From assembly GCA_951406725.2 (NCBI GenBank), contig OX597824.1, forward strand, positions 70,370,001 to 70,434,000: 64,000 bases of DNA. The letters are read 5' to 3'. Made by a program: the position numbers and the translations under genes. This document shows, one piece after another, positions 44,928 through 57,388 of this stretch; position 1 is the stretch's first letter, and every line of letters begins with the position of its first letter. The DNA is from Octopus vulgaris (taxonomy: Eukaryota). The notes beneath the pieces were generated by a model. That model worked only from the letters and a program-made list of their open reading frames with translations, had not been told where the DNA came from and made no database searches.

Positions 44928-44928
<1 letters not shown>
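44716..44928 (-). mobile_element. 5'-truncated CR1/L2-group LINE 3' end inside an (AAT)n tract
   Basis: Minus 44928-44806 encodes PINFKRSLDRFLQGIPDKPPIIGYNSPNKNSLLEWTINKT* (FKxxLDxFLxxIPDxP..GY..NSL C-terminal motif). 3'UTR hairpin GACCAA-TCT-TTGGTC. Confidence 0.78.
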
Positions 44929-44982
<54 letters not shown>

Positions 44983-45195
44983 CCCTTTCTACAATAGGGC
45001 ACAATGCTAGAAATTTGGTGGTGGGTACTAATCAATCATATTGACTTCAGTGTTCTAATGGTATTTAATTTATCGACCTCGAAAGGATGAAAGGCAGAGT
45101 TGACCTCGGCGGAATTTGAACTCAGAACGTAAAACGGACGAAATGCCTCTAAGCATTTTGCGTGGCGTGCTAACAATTCTGCCGGCTCGCCACCT
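44983..45195 (-). mobile_element. SINE family A (ATT-tail type)
   Basis: GAAAGGATGAAAGGC..GGAATTTGAACTCAGAACG..GCCGGCTCGCCACC. Confidence 0.85.
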
Positions 45196-45325
45196 TCATA
45201 ATAATAATAATAATAAAAAGCGACTGTAAAAATACTAATAAGACAGGATGTGCACATTTGGAGCGATTTAGTTCATTGGTATTCACCTACAAAAAGGAAA
45301 TAGGGAGTTCCCTAAGTGAAGAGAC

Positions 45326-45400
45326 TATATTTTTTTATACATGCATATATATGTATATTTATACATATACATATACATACAGTTATGCATATATGTATGT

Positions 45401-45450
<50 letters not shown>

Positions 45451-45465
45451 CACGTTTTAGATGTG

Positions 45466-45505
<40 letters not shown>

Positions 45506-45666
45506 TTACATACATATATGCATAACTGTATGTATATGTATATGTATAAATATACATATATATGCATGTATAAAAATATACAGATGTGTATATATATGTA
45601 TATATATATATATATATGTATATATATGTATATATATATACATATATATACACATCTGTATATTTT
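45326..45666. repeat. Two adjoining inverted duplications (45326-45580 and 45573-45666)
   Basis: ATACAGTTATGCATATATGTATGTAACTCTC pairs with GAGAGTTACATACATATATGCATAACTGTAT. AAAATATACAGATGTG pairs with CACATCTGTATATTTT. Confidence 0.9.
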
Positions 45667-46103
45667 ATATACATATATATATATATACATATGTAATACA
45701 TGTATATATATATATACATATGTAATACATGTATATATATATACATATGTAATACATGTATATATATATACATATGTAATACATGTATATTATATATATA
45801 TATATATATATACATATATATACATGTATATATATAAACCTTAGTAATTCTTGTAAGAATGGTACATACTCTGTAAAGGTCTTATTTGCGTGTGTGTGTA
45901 TAATATATATATATAATGTATATGTATATATATGTATATATATTCATATGTATATTTATATATATATATGTAATATAAATTTATATGTATATATATATAT
46001 ATATATAAACATATAATGTATATATATATATATGCATATTAAGCATATAATGTATATATATATATATATATATATATATGCATATTTATATAGATTTATA
46101 AAC

Positions 46104-46137
<34 letters not shown>

Positions 46138-46162
46138 TATTTATATAGATTTATAAACATAA

Positions 46163-46256
<94 letters not shown>

Positions 46257-46484
46257 GAATATACATATATGTGTATATTTAAATATATAAACATATAATG
46301 AATATGTATATATATATCATGTATATGTATAAATATATGTATGTATGTATGTTTATACGTATATCTATATAAGAATAATTATAACACGGAGCATATCAGT
46401 CTTTAATAGTAGATCACATTTGTTTCTGCAAATAACAACACTAAGAACTCCTAAATGCACATTACGAGGATCGCACCCCAATTA

Positions 46485-46540
<56 letters not shown>

Positions 46541-46650
46541 TTGCGTGTGTATTTATATTACACACATTGCATGTATTATTACATATATATATATATACAT
46601 ATATATACATATATATACATATATATACATATATATACATATATATATAC

Positions 46651-46723
<73 letters not shown>

Positions 46724-46781
46724 CCGTACGTATGTGCCATAATAGACGCAGACACGTGTGTATTATTATGTATAAGTATAA

Positions 46782-46834
<53 letters not shown>

Positions 46835-47071
46835 CATATATATATACATACATATATGTATGTAATAATAAATACAATGTGTGTATTACAGCACACGCAT
46901 GCACACACACATATATATATACATATGTAATTTTATATATACAACCGTATGTGCTTATGTATGCATGTATGTGTGTGTGTGTATACATATATATATATAA
47001 ATATACAAATACATATACACAGACATATATATACATACACATAAAGGAGAACATAAGTAAGGGTAATATAT

Positions 47072-47103
<32 letters not shown>

Positions 47104-47113
47104 GCTTATATAA

Positions 47114-47158
<45 letters not shown>

Positions 47159-47684
47159 TATATATATATATGCATAAATATATATATACATACACACTAA
47201 TATATATAAAATATACATATACATATATATATGTGTGTGTGTGTACGTATCATTTTACAAGTGTATGTATGCATCCACATATGTACGTACACAAAATAAA
47301 TGAATAGCATGCAGAAAAAAAAGCATATGCGAGGGGAGGTAACAACAACATATTGTATTGTACTGCACACACCACTTGAAGGGTACTTAATTAATATACT
47401 GACCCCACAAAGTATGAAAAATCCCCAAAATTTGAACATGAAAAACGAAATAACGGATGAAATAAAGCATGCCATGAGACTTTTCCTATGATATTTTTAA
47501 AAATAAACAAATGCACAAACACAAGCACACTAACAACCACACACCACACACACACATTTCACATATATGTTTGTGTGTGTGCGTGTATAATTATATGTGT
47601 GTGTATACATAAAAGCATTATGATATACATTATAATATAATTATATATATATATGTATGTACGTATGTATGTATGTATGTACGT

Positions 47685-47784
47685 NNNNNNNNNNNNNNNN
47701 NNNNNNNNNNNNNNNNNNNNNNNNNNNNNNNNNNNNNNNNNNNNNNNNNNNNNNNNNNNNNNNNNNNNNNNNNNNNNNNNNNNN
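47685..47784. other. Assembly gap (100 N placeholder)
   Basis: Exactly 100 N. Confidence 0.99.
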
Positions 47785-47789
47785 TATAT

Positions 47790-48042
47790 ACCTATTTCTT
47801 TATTACCCACAAGGGGATAAACACAGAGGGGACAAACAAGGACAGACATAGGTATTAAGTCGATTACATCGACCCCAGTGCGTAACTGGTACTTAATTTA
47901 TCGACCCCGAAAGGATGAAAGGCAAAGTCGACTCACAAGGCTCAAAGCTATTGTAGATATTCGCCAAAGATGCTATGCAGTGGGACTGAACCCTGAACCA
48001 TGTGGTTGAGAAGCAAACTTCTAACCACACAGCCACGCCTGC
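47790..48042 (-). mobile_element. Chimera: SINE B 5' part fused to SINE A 3' part
   Basis: Junction GGCAAAGTCG-ACTC-ACAAGGCT at about 47930. Confidence 0.8.
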
Positions 48043-48104
48043 GCATATATATACATACATATACATACATATATATATATATATATAGATAGATATATAT
48101 ATAT

Positions 48105-48171
<67 letters not shown>

Positions 48172-48509
48172 TGTGTGTGTTTGTGTATGTAATGTATGTA
48201 ATGTATATATGTATGTATGCATGCATATAACTACTGTGTGTGTATAATGGGTTGGGAAACTGAAAGGTTCGAAACCCACACACACACACATATTCTTTAC
48301 AGTGGTTCGAACCTGGGCTGTTAACTTTCAAACTAGCCAAACACTGAAGAATTTACCAAGTGGATAATGAATGCCTGATGTTTTAAACATTCCATTCCCA
48401 TAACAATCCTTTTCTCTACAAATGTAAGGAGGATGGATCTCTCTTTCTCACAGGTCGTCATCGATGTGTTGCTGTTGGTGGTGGTGGTGGTGGTGGTGGT
48501 GGTGGTGGT

Positions 48510-48540
<31 letters not shown>

Positions 48541-48573
48541 CTGATCCTGCTGACACCACAGACACACATACAT

Positions 48574-48647
<74 letters not shown>

Positions 48648-49204
48648 ACAGACAGGCAGTGAGACAGACTCATAGACTGATAGATAGACAAACAGATAGA
48701 TGGATCGATAGAAAGAGAGATAAATAGAAAGATAGAAAGATAGAGAGAGAGAGAGAGAAAGAGAGAGATACAGATAGACAGACACAGAATTTACACATAA
48801 CATAGTCAACAAGTGGATAACAAACTTGTCATAAAATGGAAAAGAGAACCACAAATGTGTGTGTGTGTGTGTGTGTGGCCATCAGCAGTGGTTGTCTGAA
48901 TCGCATTAAAAATGAACAGACACACACATAAGGAAGAAAAATGAAAAGATAATAATATACTTCATATCAAGTAATATATTACATTGATAGTTTCTATAGG
49001 CCTTCTATGTAATGCACGCGCACAGACACACACTCACACACACACATTATATATATGTGTGTGTGTGTGTTAGTGTTTCGATATTGTAGACGGTCATATA
49101 GCATTTTCCAAAGTTTTTTTTAATTATTTAACACACGGCCAGTTTTTTTCAATGTGGGAGGAAAGAAGACAGCGCTTATCATCATTATTATTATTATCAT
49201 TATT

Positions 49205-49251
<47 letters not shown>

Positions 49252-49259
49252 TATTATTA

Positions 49260-49299
<40 letters not shown>

Positions 49300-49316
49300 A
49301 AAACTATTATCGACGG

Positions 49317-49358
<42 letters not shown>

Positions 49359-49778
49359 TATTGTATAAGATATTTTCTAAGGTAGACATTATTAAAAAAT
49401 AATATATCCATATAGCTACAACAATAACTATTACAAACGGGTGTCGTTAATAAAAATGTGAAATAAATAAATCATATAATAATATAATAATAATAATAAT
49501 ATGAACTTAAAACCGACGGACATGAAAAGAGGAAATCAAGACATAAATGAGGGAAATGAATCTTTTGAGAAGTGAAATTAAAATTCATGTTTCTAGTAAG
49601 AAAATAAGAAAAAGGTGGTTTTTTTTTCTATTCATAGTTGGGGGAAAAAATAAAAGAAATTTAATGTAATGTTTGCTAACACACTTATGCACATTCGCAC
49701 ACATGTAGCGCACACGTCCGTATCTCTCTGTGTGTGTGTGTATATATATATATATATACACACAAAAACACAAAGTAC

Positions 49779-49854
<76 letters not shown>

Positions 49855-50787
49855 ATATATATGTCAGTGTATCAAGAGACAAACATAAAGATCAAATAGA
49901 AATAGATTTGCATACATTAATATATAGTCTACGGAATGATGGTAACAGCGGTGTCTGTGGTATCGGTGGTAGTTGTGATAGTGGTGTTGATGGCGGTAGT
50001 GGTGGGCACGGTTGTGGTGGTGATGGTGGTGGTTACAAGGAAGATGTCGCCCGATCGACTCCCCAAGAACATTTCCATTTCAAGGTGTGTTCCATTAGTT
50101 TAACATTCTTTACAGCTATTATTATGGTGGGTGATTTGCTCCATCTTCACAAATGATTGCTGTCTCTTTGTGCTTCCATAGAATTTCTAATTTTCCGTCC
50201 ATGACCTATCGGATGATCAGTCAGCCAGCCATGTTGCAGATCTAGATGGTTTTGGGAGCATAGATGACAAACGAAAGGTTGCAACTTACTGTACGCTTCC
50301 AACTAGTAAGGCCTGCATACGCCACCAACTCTTCCATTGCCATGAGACATTCCGTCGATGGAATGACGAATGAAGTCACCTTAAAGAGACATCTGTATGT
50401 CATTGGACTAGAGTGATAAACGCTTGTAAAATAAAAGTACCACTCAATGAGGATCCGTGATTAATACTTCCTGACAGGTCGAAAGAGAGATGACCAGTAA
50501 CCACGTGAATCTGCAGGTTTTAATATGCAGGAGTGCCGCTCTCCCGGAAGGGTGCTATGGTAAGGCAAAATCTAGGTGGGGGGGGGGGGGCCTTCACGGC
50601 TCGGTGTGGATTTACTGCGCGCCCTGACACACCAACCAAGGGTATTTCTGCGTCCCTGTGTTCAGTTGGATTGTCATCATGTATGCTAGTAAAGAAATAG
50701 CTGGGACCCTGACGGGTGATACTACATTGGGCCTGAGTAAACCTGAGAACAATAATGGCAGATGAATGCGCGTGTGTGTGTGTATGT

Positions 50788-50829
<42 letters not shown>

Positions 50830-51083
50830 GAGCACACACGCGTGTACTTGATCGTGCTTCACTCGATGAAGCACCCGCATGCAGCTGTTATTGAACAATA
50901 TTCAAATACATAGTAATTAAGAGTTGTCTTACATAATGCTATATAAATATGAACTATGCAACTTATATAAAGTTGATGTGGGGAGCAGAAACGTACGTTA
51001 TGATCTAATAAATATGATCTAATATGATGTTAATTTCCATCGGTGTGTTGCTGTTGTTGTCACTGTTATTATTATCATTATTA

Positions 51084-51275
51084 AGGCGGCGAGCTGGCAG
51101 AAACGTTAGCACGCAGGGGCGAAATGCGTAGTCGTATTTCGTCTGCCGCTACGTTCTGAGTTCAAATTCCGCCGAGGTCGACTTTGCCTTTCATCCTTTC
51201 AGGGTCGATAAATTAAGTACCAGTGAAACACTGGAGCTGATGTAATCGACTAGTCCCCCTCCAGCAAAATTTATG
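51084..51275 (+). mobile_element. SINE family A
   Basis: Full head and central domain; starts right after an (ATT)-rich tract. Confidence 0.88.
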
Positions 51276-51391
51276 CATTCGCTTATGTAGTTTCACCAAT
51301 CAGAACTGGCTGACGTATTTATATATGAGACGGCAATTTCAAAGGGAGTGTGCAAGATTTCCCGCCAAACAGATTCTTGAACCTTTTAAAG

Positions 51392-51855
51392 CAAAGGTTC
51401 TCAACCGGGGTCCACATGACCTTTAGGAGTCCATATAAGATTTTGCTGTTAAAATTTATGTTCAATAAATAGGTTATATTTCTACAAAACAAAAAATATT
51501 TTAACAATTTTTTTTCACATCCATCGGAGCGCAGGTTCGTGAGATGGTTGTGATCTGTAAACAGTTTTGGGTAGGAACCGGGAAGAGACTTATGAACACA
51601 CAATGCGCATGTCAAAATAAAACAGAAGAGAAGAATAAAACAAATTACATGATGGTCTGCAAATCATGTCTGACACCACTATCACACAGCTTTGCTGCAA
51701 TTTTATTGTTATACAATTACTAATAGTATTTAATTATAAAAATATAATAGGATTTTTTTAAAACGTCAATTAACGGCTATGAGTGTCCACCCGGATAAAA
51801 TAGGGATCAAGAGTCTGTTAGTAAAAAAAAAAAAAGAAACGGTTGAGAATCACTT
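51392..51855. mobile_element. hAT (Charlie-like) MITE, diverged
   Basis: TIRs CAAAGGTTCTCAACC (51392-51406) and GGTTGAGAATCACTT (51841-51855) resemble the CAGTGGTTCTCAACC type. The TSD is not cleanly preserved. Confidence 0.7.
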
Positions 51856-52221
51856 TTCTGGGTCAACATATTATCTCGAAGCTTCAAGCTTTAGGTTATA
51901 TGCTTTTAGAAGGGCATTGTAAGGTAGATATGAGAGGCTGGATCTGACTAGTTTGAACCTAAGACATGTAAGAAAGATATTTAGGCCGGATATGGTTGGG
52001 TCTGGGTGCCAAAGGCTAAGGTAAGCTAATACAACTTACAAAGAGCTATTTCATTTATATGAATTGTTCGGTTTTTTCCCCACTCATATGATAGTCTTTG
52101 AACTGGCTTATCTTGCTTTCCTATTCACAGGCCTTAACACGTAGTGTCAGTCAACCAATATTCACACTATGCAGTGAATCATAATGCCCTGTACACTTTC
52201 ACAATATTAATTTATTATGTA

Positions 52222-52665
52222 GGGCGGTGAGATGGCAGAAACGTTAGCACACCGGGCGAAATGCTTAGCGGTACTTCGTCTGTCTTTACGTTCTGAGTTC
52301 AAATTCCGCCGAGGTGGACTTTGCTTTCATCCTTTCGATAAATTAAGTACCAGTTGCGTACTGGGGTCGATCTAATCGACTGACCCCCTCCCCAAAAATT
52401 TCGAGCCTTGTGTCTAGAGTAAAAAAAGAACATTAATTTGTTGCGTAGCGCAGTGAGCTGGCAGAAACGTTAGCACGCCGGGCGAAATGCTTAGCGGTAC
52501 TTATTCTGCCGCTACGTTCTGAGTTCAAATTCCGCCGAGGTCGACTTTGCCTTTCATCCTTTCGTGGTCGATAAATTTAGTACCAGTTGCGTACTGGAAT
52601 CGATCTAATCGATTGGTCCTCTCCCCCAAAATTTCGAGCCTTGTGCCTAGACTAGAAAAGAATAT
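52222..52665 (+). mobile_element. Two tandem SINE family A copies
   Basis: TGGCAGAAACGTTAGCAC..TTCGAGCCTTGTG..AGA twice. Confidence 0.88.
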
Positions 52666-52831
52666 TAATTTATTGGGTGTACTTCTGTGAACCCAGTGAA
52701 GAGGGTAAGTAAAATATTCGACTAATCTAATGTGGTTGTGTTCAAATGACAGACATTGAGGAAAGTTAAAGAAGAAGATAGGAGCACAAACCGAACTAAA
52801 CGCTCGAGAAGCAAGTCAAAGTTACAGACGC

Positions 52832-53234
52832 CAGCAAGGCTGTGTGGTTAAGAAGCTCACTTAGCAAACATGTCGTTTCGGGTTCAATCTCACTGCGTGA
52901 CATCTTGGGCAAGAGTCTCCTCCTATAGCTCCGGGTTGACCGATGCCTTGTGAGTGAATTCGGTTGGCGAAAACTATGGGAATCCGACATATATATATGG
53001 CGGCGAGCTGGCAGAAACGTTAGCACGCCGGGCGAAATGCGTAGCCGTATTTCGTCTGCCGTTACGTTCTGAGTTCAAATTCCGTCGAGGTCGACTTTGC
53101 CTTTCATCCTTTCGGGGTCGATTAAATAAGTACCAGTTACGCACTGGGATCGATGTAATCGACTTAATCCGTTTGTCTGTCCTTGTTTGTCCTCTCTGTG
53201 TTTAGCCCCTTGTGGTAGTAAAGAAATATATATA

Positions 53235-53270
<36 letters not shown>

Positions 53271-53505
53271 TGTGTGTGTCCTTGCTCCGCCCCCATCCTT
53301 GTCCCTCACCATCACTTGACAACAGATGCTGGTTTGTTTACGAACTCGTAACTTAGCGGTTTGGTAAAAGCGATCGACAGAATAAGTACCAGACTTAATC
53401 TTTAAAAAAAATTAAAATACTGACGTTGATTTGTTCGACTAAATCCTTCGAGGTTGTTGCCCCAGCATGGTCGCATTCCGACGACTCAACAAGGAAAAGA
53501 TAAAA
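52832..53505 (+). mobile_element. SINE family B interrupted at its internal microsatellite by a SINE A
   Basis: B head at 52832-52990; B 3' half resumes at about 53230. Confidence 0.8.
52999..53227 (+). mobile_element. SINE family A nested in SINE B
   Basis: Full copy with (AT)n on both sides. Confidence 0.9.
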
Positions 53506-53532
53506 GATTAATTTTGTGCGCTTGTATGTGTG

Positions 53533-53576
<44 letters not shown>

Positions 53577-53746
53577 TTCGTACATGCACGCGCGCACGTG
53601 TGTGCGGCTGCGTGAGGAATGGCTCATGTTTATTACTTGCTGTTGTGAACTTAATAGCTCCAACAGATTATACTAGCGTTGAAGTCATACATAACAGACA
53701 GCTGTGAGAGTAGAAATAATGGCCAAAACACTTATAAAAAAACAAA

Positions 53747-53778
<32 letters not shown>

Positions 53779-54186
53779 AACACGGGATCAGAGAGGTACG
53801 TCTTCAGTTATCATCCACAGCATTATTCCTACGAAGTTAGCGATGACCTAGAAACGGCTGCTCCCAGCAATGGTAGTGGCTTTAGATGACAACAGTGATT
53901 GACATATATGTGTTAACAGACATCGTATTTCATAAACAATAAACAAATCACGGAATCTTTAAGTTGTCCTTCACACTGAAGATGAGTCTTAGAAAAAGTA
54001 AGGAACCCCTCTTCACCTTTCTGTCGTTCTTTCTTCTTCTTTTTTTTTTTCTTTCGTTCATTTCGTTAAGATTTTGCTCCCACATTCTCTTTAAATGTAA
54101 TAGGGACGTTTCCGGTTCTTTACGTTCTGGGGTTCAAAAGCCGCCGAGGTCGACTTTGGCTTTCATCCTTTCGGGGTCGGTAAATT

Positions 54187-54409
54187 CTTTACTGCCCACA
54201 AGGGGCTAAACACAGAGAGGACAAACAAGGACAGACACACGGATTAAGTCGATTGTATCGACCCCAGTGCGTAACTGGTACTTATTTAATCGACCCCGAA
54301 AGGACGAAAGGCAAAGTCGACCTCGGCGGAATTTGAACTCAGAACGTAGCGGCAGACGAAATACCGATCAGCATTTCACCCGGTGTGCTAACGTTTCTGC
54401 CAGCTTGTC
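54187..54409 (-). mobile_element. SINE family A inserted antisense into another SINE A (54105-54510, +)
   Basis: TSD TAAATT at 54181-54186 and 54410-54415. The host reads continuously as GGGGTCGG-TAAATT-AAGTACCAG when the insert is removed. Confidence 0.88.
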
Positions 54410-54799
54410 TAAATTAAGTACCAGCTGCGTACTGGGGGTCGATCTAATCGACTGACCCTTCTCTCCCAAAATTTCAGGCCTTGTGCCTATAGTACAAGAG
54501 ATTATTATTATTATTGCTATAGGACTGAAGGCGACAAGTTTTTCAGAATCGTTAGCACGCTAGGCAAAATGCTTAGCGGCATTGCGCCCGTCTTTACGTT
54601 CTGAGTTCAAATTCTGCCAAGGTTGACTTTGCCTTTCATCCTTTAGGGGGTCAATGAAATAAATACGAGTTCAGCAAAGGGGGGTCAATGGACCTGGCTT
54701 TCCCCATTCCCTCAAAAGTGCTGTTTAGAAACAAAAAAGAAGGAACAGTGAAGTGGGTGCACCACATGCCCACAATATACATACACACACACTGAGGCG

Positions 54800-54996
54800 T
54801 ATGTACGTATGTATGTATGTATGTATGTATGTATGTATGTATGTATGTATGTATGTACGTACGTATGTATGTATGTAGTATGTATGTATGTATGTATGTA
54901 TGTATGTATGTATGTATGTATGTATGTATGTATGTATGTATGTATGTATGTATGTATGTATGTATATATGTATGTTTGTATGTATGTATGTATGTA
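54800..54996. repeat. (TATG)n microsatellite
   Basis: Direct reading. Confidence 0.95.
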
Positions 54997-55194
54997 TTAT
55001 CTACGTGTGTTAGTCCTGTATTTGTATCCCTATCCCCTACCATCGCTTCTCGACTAATGCTGGTTTATTTACGTCCCGTAACTTGGCGCTTCGGTAAACA
55101 GAGACCGATAGAATAAGCAGTACTGAGCTTTAAATAAATTAAGTAATGGGGTCGATTTCTTCGACAAAACCCTCCCTGAAAGTGGTGCCACAGC

Positions 55195-56077
55195 ATAATG
55201 CGGCTTTTTCAATTGCAGTCGGCAGAGGACGGGATAAACTACCTGCATCAACTTGCTATAAAAGCAAGTAGTAATTTTACCTTGTCCTTATTCTTAGTGC
55301 AAGTTTTGAAGAGTACAGTTCGATTTTAAAAGTTATTTTTTCAAAACTACAAATGGAAATGGCAAAGGAGCATATTCTGTATATTTTGTTATATGAGTTC
55401 AATTAAGGCAACAACGCAACGAAAAGTACGAGGAATATTAACGCAGTATATGGGGATCAGACAATAAGCTAAAGCCAGTGTCAACGGAGGATCCAGAAAT
55501 TCTGAGCCGGAAACTACAGCCTAGAAGACGAGCCTTGTCCTTGGAAGATCTGTAGAGCTTGACGAGGACGTCCTGCAAACCCTGGTGGAACAAAATCCCA
55601 TCGTAACTGTTGAGGAACGAGAAGAGAAGCTTGGGTTTGGTCATTCAACCATTCATCGACACCTGCGTGTCAACGGAAAAGTCAAAAAATTGGTTTCAAG
55701 ACGAAAGGTTTTCTTCCATCAGGATAATGCTCGGCCACATAGAGCGAGGATGACATTCCAAAGGCTGGAGCAGTTCGAATGGGAAACGATGCCCCACCCA
55801 ACGTATTCGCCAGACATTGCCCCATCTGATTATCATTTATTCCGCAGTCTTCATAATCATTTGAACGGAAAAAATATGAATTCTCTAGACGCGGTCAGAA
55901 CAGTACTGGAGAAGTATTTTTCGTCAAAGACAAGTGAATTTCGGAAAAGGAGCCTTGCAAGTCTACCAGATAGGTGGAAGAGCATTGTAGAAAATGAAGG
56001 AGAGTATATATTATATTGAAAAAGTTGAAAAATAAGAGAAGTATAAAAAAAAACACATTATTTAAGGGATGACCCTA
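55195..56077 (+). mobile_element. Mariner DNA transposon, defective
   Basis: Contains the transposase pseudogene. The right end CACATTATTTAAGGGATGACCC-TA partly mirrors the truncated left end ATAATGCGGCTTTTT. Confidence 0.85.
55353..56019 (+). pseudogene. Mariner (DD34D) transposase pseudogene
   Basis: MEMAKEHILYILLYEFN*GNNAT..F*AGNYSLEDEP(fs)GRS.. HTH region. HQDNARPH and YSPDIAPSDYHLF have 34 residues between the two Asp. Three stops and one frameshift; the WVPHEL and TGDE region is deleted. Confidence 0.93.
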
Positions 56078-56213
56078 GATTAATCAGCCGAAATTGCGAA
56101 GATGATCCGGTTCTTGACTGAAGATTGAAGGCTTCGAATGTCCCGTCCGTGTTTTTTGTGTCGTCTTCTAAATGTTTCACGTTCTTGTCCCAGTTTGTAT
56201 ATTTTTTTACTTT

Positions 56214-56264
<51 letters not shown>

Positions 56265-56910
56265 ATGTATGTGTTTGTGTATGTGTGTATGTATGTGTGC
56301 ATGTATGTATGTATATATATACATACATACAACGGTATGTATGCATGCATGTGTAAAGGAGAACAACAACAGATTCTCGAATCGGAACTTAACTATAACC
56401 TCTGAAACGACAGCACGGGAGGAGGGGGGGGGTATCTGCAAGTCCTGTAAATGGAGACAGTTCGCAGAGGTGTCCGGTGGCAATCTACTAAATTTCGTAA
56501 ACACAACTATTTCGTTGTAAATTAGATATATATTTTTTCTACAAAGTAAATCATTGACAGTATGTTCATAATTGATCAAAAAACTGTTTTACCTATGTTA
56601 TAGCTGGCTAATTATAGGGTACAACTTATCACTTGTAGCGGGTTAGAAGCCAGGAAATACTGTAAGCAAAAATATTCACAAAAATCACATCAAAATATGA
56701 TTAATTAACAGTAGATAGTCGGTTGCTACTGCTGCTACTGCACTCTCTGTCTCTCCCCTCTCTCTCTCACTTTATCTATCTATCTATCTCTCACTCTTTC
56801 TTTATAAATATATCTATACATTTAGTTATCAATTTATTTATCTATAAATCTATGTATTTATATCTATCTATCTATCTATGTGTATATCTATCTATAAACC
56901 TATCTATCTG

Positions 56911-56946
<36 letters not shown>

Positions 56947-56948
<2 letters not shown>

Positions 56949-57388
56949 CTATGTGGTAAGTAGCTTGCTTACCAACTACATGGTTCCGGGTTCAGCTCCA
57001 CTGCGTGGCACTTTGGGCAGCTGTCTTCTACTATAGCCTCGGGCCGACCAAAGCCTTGTGAGTGGATTTGGTAGAGGGAAACTGAAAGAAACCCGTCGTA
57101 TATATGTATATATGTGTGTGTGAGTGAGTGTGTGTGTGTGTGTGTTTGTGTGTGCGTGTGTGTGTGTGTGTGTTTGTGTCTGTGTGTCCCCCCCCCCCAA
57201 CATCGCTTGACAGCCGATGCTGGTGTGTTTATGTCCCCGCAAATTAGCGGCTCGGCAAAAGAGATCGATGGAATAAGTACTAGGCTTACAAAGAATAAGT
57301 CCTGGGGTCGATTTGCTCGACTAAAGGCGGTGCTCCAGCATGGCCGCAGTCATATGACTGAAACAAGTAAAAGAGTAAAGAGTAAAAG
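56947..57388 (+). mobile_element. SINE family B, near full length
   Basis: GGCTATGTGGTAAGTAGCTTGC..GGTTCAGCTCC..CTTTGGGCAG..(TG)n..AAACAAGTAAAAGAGTAAAGAGTAAAA. Confidence 0.9.

Noticed and set aside
49934-50040. Gly-rich stretch (GGSCDSGVDGGSGGHGCGGDGGG)
   Set aside because: Degenerate (GGT)n microsatellite with no supporting exon evidence.
53976-54005. Other loose hammerhead-like words (here, about 3561-3592, about 8590-8612 minus, about 56118-56142)
   Set aside because: The core or stems fail in several positions and there is no second copy in the window to corroborate them.
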